Shown here in pieces: positions 50,043-60,400 of a stretch of DNA of 64,000 nucleotides. The DNA comes from Verrucomicrobiota bacterium (GTDB lineage: Bacteria; Verrucomicrobiota; Verrucomicrobiia; Limisphaerales; Palsa-1400). The first letter of the stretch is position 1; every line of letters starts with the position of its first letter. The notes beneath the pieces are model-generated. The model was given only the letters and a program-made list of their open reading frames with translations. It had not been told where the DNA came from and made no database searches. The stretch is from the NCBI GenBank assembly GCA_049510745.1, contig JBEKYR010000019.1, forward strand, positions 26,697 to 90,696. The letters are read 5' to 3'. The position numbers and the translations under genes were made by a program.

Positions 50043-50628
50043 TTTCCCCCCCCAGCGAACCCGGCACATTTCCTTGTGCGAAGCCTTGGATCGCGTCCTG
50101 AACACCGGCGTCGTGGCGCTCGGCGACGTGACGTTGTCGGTGGCCGACGTGGACCTGATTTACCTGGGGCTGCAACTGGTCGTCACTTCCATTGAAAGCG
50201 GCCGGGAACTCGCTCCGGCAACCGCCGGGCCGCAACTTGGCCCCGATTCGCGCGGCGGCCCGCGACTGATGCCAAGAGAGGAAAGGCCAGCCATTCCTGT
50301 AGTAGAGCGGCCCCCCGGCTCGTCTGTTTCCGGTGCCACTGGCGAAGAAACCGAACTCATTGCCGACGCCATTGCCAGCGCCGATTCCGACCGGAAAAAG
50401 AATGGGCTGGGGCAATTGGTTTTGACCTTGATGAAACTCCTTCACGAGCTGCTCAAACGCCAGGCCCTCCGGCGCATCGAAGGCGGCGCCCTCACCGCGG
50501 CCCAGATCGAGCGGATGGGCGTGACGCTCATGAACCAAGCCCGCGAGATTGAGAGGCTGCGGAAAGATTTCGGCCTGCCGGAAGAAGACCTGAACCTCGA
50601 CCTCGGCCCGCTGGGCAAACTGCTCTGA
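50035..50628 (+). CDS. gvpK: Fusion of a GvpA/J-like domain with GvpK
   Basis: N-terminal LDRVLNTGVVALGD..LSVADVDL; C-terminal GLGQLVLTL..LL..LL.RQALRR...LNLDLGPLG. Confidence 0.88.
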   Translation: MRDFPPQRTRHISLCEALDRVLNTGVVALGDVTLSVADVDLIYLGLQLVVTSIESGRELAPATAGPQLGPDSRGGPRLMPREERPAIPVVERPPGSSVSGATGEETELIADAIASADSDRKKNGLGQLVLTLMKLLHELLKRQALRRIEGGALTAAQIERMGVTLMNQAREIERLRKDFGLPEEDLNLDLGPLGKLL

Positions 50629-50632
50629 CACC

Positions 50633-50965
50633 ATGACCTCGCAACGACACATCGAACATTCCACCAGCGGCGCCACCTTGGCCGACCTGCTCGAACGAAT
50701 CCTGGATAAAGGCATCGTCATCGCCGGCGACATCAAGGTGAAGATCGTGGACATCGAGTTGCTGACCATCCAGATTCGGCTGCTGGTCTGTTCGGTTGAC
50801 AAGGCCAAGGAGATCGGCGTGGATTGGTGGGTCAATCACCCCGCTTTCAGCCGTCACCAGCAAGAGCAGCTCTCGGACTCCGTTTTCAAGCTCGAAGAAC
50901 GGCTGGCCCGGATCGAGACGCGCTTGCCCGCCCCGGCTCCAGCCGGTTCTCCCAAGGCGCCATGA
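50633..50965 (+). CDS. gvpJ: GvpJ-like gas vesicle protein
   Basis: [18 protein letters not shown]...SVDKAKEIGVDWW. Confidence 0.85.
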   Translation: MTSQRHIEHSTSGATLADLLERILDKGIVIAGDIKVKIVDIELLTIQIRLLVCSVDKAKEIGVDWWVNHPAFSRHQQEQLSDSVFKLEERLARIETRLPAPAPAGSPKAP

Positions 50966-51112
50966 TGCCGCCACCGGCGCCGGAGATTTTTTCTTCTTGT
51001 CATTTTTTCAAAAGCCCGGGCCGGCTATTTGCCGCCGCGCTTGCCGTTGTTCTCCCCTGCCCTTTTGCCGTTTCCTTCTCAAGAAACCACTGATGAGAAA
51101 TGCGGGCTAATA

Positions 51113-51320
51113 TAGGGAGCGCCGGCCAGGGAACCAATTCCCTAGAAGGCCGCCGGCGGGCCGCGGCTGAATCTGAAAACCGGCGGAAAGCCCAATGAAT
51201 GGAACGGCATCGCCAGGCGGCGGCAGTCTCCCCCCGACATGGCATGACCTATGCGCAAGCAACGGGCGAGAACGATTCCAGGTTTCCTTGAAGGGTCATA
51301 AGTGAGCGAAACATCAAAAT
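51113..51320 (+). promoter_or_regulatory. Duplicated copy of the gvpA sigma54 promoter region (copy 2)
   Basis: Colinear with 44545-44750; TGGCATGACCTATGCG (51240-51255); AGGGAA-CCAA-TTCCCT (51128-51143). Confidence 0.85.
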
Positions 51321-51421
51321 CAAAGAATGTGAAACGCCCGGTTCAACCAAGCTGCATTCTTCCGCCCATGCCGCACCCGCCTGTTCGTATAACGACTGCT
51401 AAGAGAACATTAACCACACGT

Positions 51422-54400
51422 ATGAAAATTACCGCCCTAAAAAGACAAACGCGTCGATATGCGCTCAACCAGATTGAATTGCCGGCAGGAAGACCGGAAC
51501 CCGTCCACGCTGACCGGCGCCAAGTGCCGACCGAATGGCCGGACCCGCCTAAAGCGTTACACCTGGCGCTGCTGATTATCCGCGGCAGCCTGGCGGCGCT
51601 CGTGGCGGCAGGCGCGCTTTGCCTCCCGGAGACCGGCCTGGCAGCTCCCTATTATCAGTCGCCCACCTTCACCACGCAGCCGGCGAGCCACGCGGTGAGC
51701 GCGGGTAACACGGCAACTTTCACGGCGGGCGCGTCGGGCAGCCCCGTTTACCAGTGGTACTTCGCGTTCAACGGAGTGACCAACCTGATCGCGGGAGCGA
51801 CGGACACTTCTCTAAACGTGCCGGGCAACTACATAAACCAGGGAAATTATTTCTGCGTGGCCAGCAATTCCTACGGCGCGACGACTAGTTCGGTCGTTAC
51901 GTTGGACGTTCAATACGGGTGGACCAGCTTTAACTACACTGGATATTATGAGGGCTATACCGTTCCGCCCGGCGTCACCAACCTCGCGGTGGATGCCATA
52001 GGATCGGGCGCCGGAAGCGGCGGCAGCGACGCCGGTGTCTGTGGCGGCGTGGGCGGCCCGCGCATTTGGTTCTGGGGCGTTGTGGGAGTGAACGACGGCG
52101 GCACCGTCTCAATGTACCTGGGTGGCTATGGCGGCAACGGCGAAAACCAAGTTACCGGTACCGGCGGCGGACAGGGTGGATGGTCTGCCTGGACCGGTGG
52201 TTGGAACGGCGGCAACGGTGGCGCTGCCGGTGCCTCCGGCTCATCTGGCGGCGGCGGCGGCGGCGGCCCGGTTAGCTTAATTATATTTCCTTCAAGCTTG
52301 TCCAATCCAGACTTGGTTTTGGGTGGAGCGGGTGGCGGCGGCGGTGGCGGCAGTCAAGGTCGATGCGGGACTGGCCAGGGCGAAGCGAGTTATCCTTTGC
52401 CCAGTTCTGATGGGTATTATCCCAACGACGCCTATAATGGCGGCCAAGGGGCCACTTCATTTGGCGATGGCGGCGGCGGCGGCGGCGGCGGCGGCGGAAT
52501 ATGGGACCCATCTTGGGGCGGTGGGTTTGGCAACGGTGACACTGTTGGCGGCGGCGGATCGGGCGGCTATTCGTTTCAACCGGACAATATCGTGCCACCG
52601 GGCAACCCTTGGAATTACAACTACGCCAGTGACGCACAAAGCTCGGCGATGTGCGCCTTTCGTCCGGCGCCTCTGGCCTTGATCTCGATGCCGGGCACAA
52701 ACATCGGCGTTCTGTCCGGCCAGAGCTTGTCGTTGACCGCGCAGATCTTTACCCAGGACACAGTTGAATACATTGCTTGGTATTGCAACGGCAACTATTA
52801 CAACGAACCCACGGTGAACTCCTTGGGCAATGGTGTTTATAACTCCACGCTCGATCGCGGAACCGGCTACACGAATGGCGAGGTCTGGACGGTTCAGATT
52901 GAGACTTACCTCTATTCTTATTGGGGCGAAGAGATTTTTCCGGTCGCCATCAGCACGCCGACCACGGTGTCCGTGCTTTTGACGGCTCCAGTGATCACCA
53001 GCGAGCCGACAAACCTGACCGTGTTCAGCTCCAGCAACGCCTCTTTCAGCGTGACGGCGACTGGGGCGGTCCCGCTCAGTTACCAGTGGTGGGCCAATGA
53101 GGCCGAGATCAGCGGCGCCACCAACGCGAGCTTCAGCCTGGCCGGCGCCCTGATGAGCGATGCCGGCAGCTATACCGTGGTGGTGAGCAACGCCTATGGC
53201 AGTGTGACCAGCAGCGTGGCGGCCTTGACGGTGAATCAAACCACCCCAGCGGTCAGCGCCTGGCCTGTCGCCAGCGGCATTATCTACCCGCAGACCCTGT
53301 CGGCTTCCGCCTTGCTCGGCGGCAGCGGCAGTGTGGACGGCACGTTCGTCTTCGCCAACCCCGCGGCGATTCTGAATGTGGGCACGAACCTTGTTTCGGT
53401 TGTGTTCACGCCGAATGACGCAGCCGACTACGCCACAGTCAACGGCGCCGTGGCCATCTCCGTGGCGCAAGGCGTGGTGGGAATCACGGCCCTGCCGACC
53501 GCTTCGCCCATCACCTTCGGCCAGAGCCTGGCCTCCTCGAGCTTGACCAATGGCAGCGCGACGGTGGACGGCAACTTCACTTTTGCCAACAACAGCGTGA
53601 CGCCGGCCGGCGCGGGGAGTTACAGCGCGGTGGTATTGTTCACGGCCACGAACACCAACTACTCGGTCTTTACGACCAATATCGCGGTCACGGTGAACAA
53701 GGCGACGGCCACGGTCGTGTTGAGCGGCACCAACCAGAACTACTCCGGCACGGCCACGAGCGTCACCGCCACCCCCACGCCGGCTGGTTTGGAGGTCGAT
53801 GTGACTTACAATGGTTCCAGCATCCCGCCCGTGACGGCCGGCTCCTACGCGGTGGTCGCCACCGTCAACGACACGAACTACGCGGGCGCCGCCACCGGCA
53901 CGCTCCTTGTAGGCAAAATCCCACTGCTTGTGGCCGCTCAGAATGCGACCAATGGCTACGGCGCGACTAATGCTCCCTTCACGGTCGTCGCCAATGGATT
54001 CACGAACGGCGAGACGCTGAACGCCCTCTCCGGCAGCTTGACCTTCACCGTTGAGGACACCAACAACACCGTGATCTCCGTGGACACCAACACCCCGGCG
54101 GGGACCTACACGATCATTCCCGGCGGCTTGGCCTCGAGCGACTACACGATCACCTATACCAACGGCGCCTTGACGATACTTCCCGCAATCTTGACGGTGA
54201 CGGCGGATAGCTTGACCAACGTCTATGGGTCGCCCATGCCGGCTCTGACCTGGAGCTACCAGGGATTTACGAATGGCGAAGGCACCAATGTGCTCTCCGG
54301 CGCGCCGAGCCTGAGCACCAATCTCTCCTCCGGCAGCCCGGTCGCGGGCAGTCCTTATGCGATTACCATCACCAACGGGACGCTGAGCGCCAGCAACTAC

Positions 54401-57400
54401 GTGTTCCTCTTCAATTGCGGAACTTTCACCGTCCTGCCGGCTGCCCTTGGCGTGAACGCCAACAGCGTGACCAATGTGTATGGATCGCCCCTGCCGGCGC
54501 TGACCGGTTCAATGGCGGGCGTCACGAACAACGATCCATTGTCGGTCTCCTTCACCACCGTCGCAACCCGGAGCAGCAACGCCGGCGCTTACGACATACT
54601 GCCCCTGTTCAACGACCCGAGCCTGCTGGCCAATTATACAGTCACCACCAATGTGGGGACGTTCACCGTAACCCCGGCGCCCCTGCTCGTGACCGCCGAC
54701 AATCAAACCCGGGCCTACGGCTACGCCAACCCAACGCTTACGATTACTTATAGTGGATTTGCGGCCGGCGATGACGCCACCAAACTGGACGTGGCGCCCA
54801 TTGCCACGACGAGCGCCACGCTGACATCTCTTCGGGGCCTGTATCCCATTTCCGTTGGTGGCGGCGTGTCCGGCAACTACACCTTTACTTACGTCAACGG
54901 CTCACTGACAGTCACCAAGGCGCCGCTGACCATCGTGGGCAACAACGCCAGCCGTCCCTACGGCGGGGCCAACCCGGCCTTCTCAGCGACCATCACCGGC
55001 GCCATGAACAACGACAATATCACCGCGCGGTTTTCCACTTCGGCAACTACGAACAGCGCGCCCGGAGACTATATCATTCAGCTTTCAGTAAGTGATCCCG
55101 GTGGCAAGCTCGGCCAGTACGACACCACACTGAACAGCGGAATCTTGACCGTATCCGGAGCGTCTTTGATTGGCACTGTGGAGAATGTCAGCCGGGCTTA
55201 CGGCCAAACCAACCCTGTGTTCACCGTCACTTACGGCGGGTTTGTCAACAGCCAGGACGCAAGCCTGGTCACCGGGGACCTGATCTTCGCCTGCACCGAC
55301 ACCAATGGAGTCAGCGTGGACACCAACTCGCCCGTTGGAACCTATCCCATCCTTGTGGCCGGCGGCCAAACCGCGCCCAACTACATCATCCAGTACACAA
55401 ACGGCACGCTCACCGTGACGCAGGCGGTATTGACGGTGGCGGCGAATGCCACCAACCGCGTGTATGGCGCCGCCAACCCGTCCTTCACCAGCATCATCAC
55501 CGGCTATGTCAACGGCGAGGATTCCAACGTCCTGAGTGGCACGTTGAACATTGCCAGCCCGTCGGACGCCACCAGCCCTGTGGGCACGTATTCGATCATC
55601 CCGAGCGGCGTGTCGGCCACCAACTATTCCATCAAGTTCTCCAATGGCGAATTGACCGTGACGCAGGCGCCGCTGTTTGTTTCCGCCAGCAACGCCAGCC
55701 GGCTCTATGGACAGTCCAATCCCACGTTGACCGGCTCTGTGACGGGCTTGGCCAATAATGACAATCTGGGCCTGACTTTCGTCACCGCGGCCACACCGGC
55801 AAGCCCGGTCGGGAACTATGATATAGCTCCCGCGTTCGGCGATCCTGACAGCAAACTGAGCAATTACCAACTCACCAACAACAACGGGACTCTGACGGTG
55901 GGCCAGGCGCCCCTGACCGTTGTCGCCGCCAATCAAACGCGGATTTATGGACAGTCCAATCCCACGTTGACCGGCACGGTCAGCGGCGTGGTGAATGGCG
56001 ACAATATCACCGCAAGCTACAGCACGACCGCCACGGCGGAGAGTCCGGTTGGATCGTATAGCATCGTGCCGTTGGTCAACGATCCACAAAGCAAACTGGC
56101 CAATTACGCCGTCAGTTCGACCGATGGAACGCTTGCGGTCACAACCGCGTCGTTGGTGGTCACAGCCAGCTATCAGACCCGGGTTTACGGAGCGACCAAT
56201 CCCACATTCACGGCCACGTTCAACGGTTTCGTGAATGGCCAGACTTCCAGTGTTTTGGGCGGCACCTTGTCCGTCACAAGCCCGGCCGATCCCGCCAGCC
56301 CGACCGGAACCTATCCGATCATCCCCGGCGGATTGTCAGCCTCCAATTACTTGATTAGCTATGCGAATGGAACCCTGACCGTTTCGCAGGCGGCCTTGAC
56401 GGTAACGGCCAATCCGGCGGCTCGCAGCTATGGAGCCACAAACCCGGTATTCAGCGCCACGATCTCGGGTTTCGTTAATGGAGACAACACCAATGTGATC
56501 AGCGGCCAGGCGGCTCTGAGCACATCGGCGGGCGTCTCCAGCCCGGTTGGAACCTACGGCATCCTCGCGGCGCAAGGAAACTTGAGCGCGGTCAACTATA
56601 CTTTCAGTTTCAATAACGGGACCTTGACGGTGACGCCGGCGTCATTGACGGGCAGCGTGCAGAATGCCGCGCGCGCCTATGGCCAGACCAACCCCGTGTT
56701 CAGCGTCAGCTACTCGGGTTTTGTCAACAGCCAGGACAGCGGCGTCGTCTCTGGTCCGATCGCGTTCAGTTGCCTGGACACCAACAACGCCCCAGTCGAT
56801 ACCAACACGCCGGTCGGCGTGTATCCCATCGACGTGATTACTCCGCAGACCGCGCCCAACTACACCATTGGTTATGTGGACGGAACGCTGGCTGTCACCC
56901 AGGCGGTGTTGACGGTCTCGGCCGATCCTCAGAGCCGTCTCTACGGCACAACCAACCCGGCCCTCACTGTCACCTACAGCGGGTTCCTCAACGCCGACGG
57001 CACCAATGTCATCAGCGGTCAGCCTGATCTCAGCACCGCGGCCTATGACGCCAGCCCTGTTGGCAGTTATGCCATCGTGGTTGGGCTGGGCAGCCTCAGC
57101 GCCACCAATTACTCCTTCAGCCTGACCAACGGCACCTTGACCGTGGGCAAAGCCCTCTTGACGGTCACGGCCGACAACCAGACCCGCCTCTACGGCCAGA
57201 CCAACCCCGTCTTCACCGTCCAGTACAGCGGATTTGTGGAAGGCGACAATGCGAGCGTGTTGAGCGGCGCTCCAACCCTGAGCACCTCGGCCGACACCAA
57301 CACCCCGGTTGGAACCTACGACATCGTGGCGACCAACGGAAACCTGACGGCGACCGACTATGCGCTCAGCTTCGTCAATGGCACGTTGACGATCAACCCG

Positions 57401-60400
57401 GCGCCGCTGACCATCACCGCCAATGACGCCACTCGCCAATACGGCATGACCAATCCGCCGTTCACGGTCACGCCGCAGGGTCTTGTCAATGGACAGACCA
57501 CCAATGCGCTCGCCGGGACGCTGACCATCACCACTTCGGCCAATGCGCACAGCAATGTCGGCGCCTATGCCATCGTGCCGGGTGGATGGACCTCGAGCAA
57601 TTACACCCTGAACTTCACCAACGGCACCCTGACCGTCTCGCAGGCCCCGTTGACGGTCACTGCCAACAATACGAACCGCATTTACGGCCAAGCTAACCCG
57701 GCATTGACCGGCACTCGCAGTGGCATCATATACGATGACGAGCTGACACTCAGTTTCGGCACCGCCGCCACTGCGGGCAGCCCGGTCGGACCGTATGCGG
57801 TTTTCCCCATCTTCGCCGATCCGCAGGACAAGCTCGGCAATTACCTGGTCACGACCAACACGGGCACGTTGACGGTGTCACCCGCGTTGCTGACGGTTAC
57901 GGCTGACGACCAGACCCGCGCTTACGGCCAGCCAAACCCGTCACTGACCGTCCATTACAGCGGATTCGCAAACGAAGACGGTCCCACGAATCTGAACGAA
58001 CAACCCATTGCCAGCACCCAGGCCAGCCCGACGAATTTCCTCGGCCAATACCCGATCACCGCCGGCGGCGGGGCTTCGTCCAACTACACGTTCAGCTACA
58101 TCGCCGGCGCACTGACCGTGACGCAAGCGGATTTGACCGTCATTGGCGATGACGCCGCGCGGGCCTATGGCCAGAGCAACCCCGTTTTCACCTCCACGAT
58201 CACGGGTGTGGCCAATGGTGATAACATCACGGTCGGTTACTCAACAATTGCAGTTCCGGCCAGCCATCCGGGAGGTTACGTCATTGAACTTGTGATGAAC
58301 GATCCTGATGGCAAGCTGGGCGAGTACAACCTGACGCTCGTGAGCGGGACGCTGACGGTCACCAATGCTGCCTTGGTTGTTACGGTGGACAATCAGAACC
58401 GATTGTATGGCCAGCCCAACCCGCCGTTTACAGTGCAGTACAACGGGTTCGTCAATGGCCAGGGCACCAATACTCTCCGGGGTGCATTGACCTTCTCCTG
58501 CCGCGACAGCTTGAACAACCCGGCCGGCACTAACACGGCAGTGGGTTCCTATCCCATCACCGCCGCCGGACTGACCGCCACCAATTACACCATCCAATAC
58601 GTTCCAGGAACGCTGTCGATTGGCAGAGCAACTCTGAACGTCACCGCAGCCAGCGCGCAACGGACTTACGGCGCCAACAATCCCACCTTCACGGCCACGA
58701 TCAGCGGCTTCGTCAATGGGGAAACCGCAAGTGTTTTGGGCGGAGCTTTGTCGGTTACAAGCCCCGCAGACCACAACAGCCCGACAGGCGCTTATTCGAT
58801 CATTCCCAGCGGTTTGACATCGGGAAATTACGCTGTGAACTTCCACAACGGCACGTTGACGGTGACACCGGCGTTGTTGACCGGCGCCGTGGCAAGTGTC
58901 GAGCGCGCCTACGGCCAGACCAATCCCGTGTTCAGTATCAGCTACTCGGGTTTCGTCAACAGCCAGGATAGCAGCGTCGCCTCCGGTTCGCTGGGATTCA
59001 GTTGCCTGGACACAAACAGCGCTGCTGTCGATACCAACACCCCCGTCGGAGCGTACCCCATCCATGTGACCACTCCCCAGACGGCGCCCAACTACACGAT
59101 CACCTATGTGGACGGAACACTCACCGTCACGCAGGCCGTGTTACTCGTGACCGCCGACAATCAGAGCCGTCTCTATGGCGCCACCAACCAGACCTTGAGC
59201 GTCACCTACAGCGGGTTCCTCAACGCCGACGGCACCAATGTCATCAGCGGCCAGCCCGATCTCAGCACCGCGGCCTATGACGCCAGCCCCGCCGGCAACT
59301 ACGACATCGTGGTTGGGCTGGGCAGCCTCAGCGCCACCAATTACTCCTTCAGCCTGACCAACGGCACCTTGACCGTGGGCAAAGCCCTCTTGACGGTAAC
59401 GGCCGACAACCAGGTCCGCCTCTATGGCCAGTCCAACCCCGCTTTCACCGTTCACTACAGCGGATTCGTGGACGGCGATCAGGAAAACGTGTTGAGCGGC
59501 GCTCCAGCCCTCACCACCGTGGCCGACACCAACACCCCGGTTGGAACCTACGACATCGTGGCGACCCATGGAAACCTGACGGCGACCAACTATGCGCTCA
59601 GCTTCGTCAACGGCACGTTGACGATCAACCCGGCGCCACTGACCATCACCGCCAATGACGCCACTCGCCAATACGGCATGACCAATCCGGCCTTCACGGT
59701 CACGATCCAGGGCTTTGTGAATGGTGAGACCACCAATGCGCTGGCTGGAACGCTGACCATCACCAGTTCGACCGATCCGACCAGCGACGTTGGCGCCTAT
59801 GCCATCGTCCCGGCCGGCTGGACGTCAAGCAATTACACCCTCGACTTCATCAACGGCGCCCTCACCGTCACACAGGCCCCGTTGACTATCACTGCCAACT
59901 GCGCCGTCCGCCAGTATGGCACTCCCAACCCGGTGTTCGGCGGAACTATCAGCGGGCTGCTCAACGGCGATGTGATCACCGCCAGTTTCACCTGCTCGGC
60001 GATTCAGTCCAGCCCCGCTGGCGTCTATACCATCGTGGCCAGCCTCGATGATCCGGAGAACTACGCCGTAACGCTCGTCAACGGCTCGCTCACTATCACC
60101 GTGGCCCTGATACCGACCGCGACGCCCGGCTTCTATGTCGTCGGCAGCGCGCCGGTCTTCGTCGATACCAACGCCTCCGTCACCGATGGCGGCAACCTCA
60201 ACTTCAACGGTGGATCGCTCACGATAACGATCCTGACCAATGCCACTGCCCAGGACGCGCTCGACATCGAACCGCAAGGGACTGGCGCCGGCCAGATCGG
60301 TGTGCAATCCCTCAATGTCACTTACGGCGGCGCGGCGTTCGCCACCTTCTCCGGCGGCCAGGACCTCAACCCGCTGGTGTTCCTGTTCAACACAAACGCC

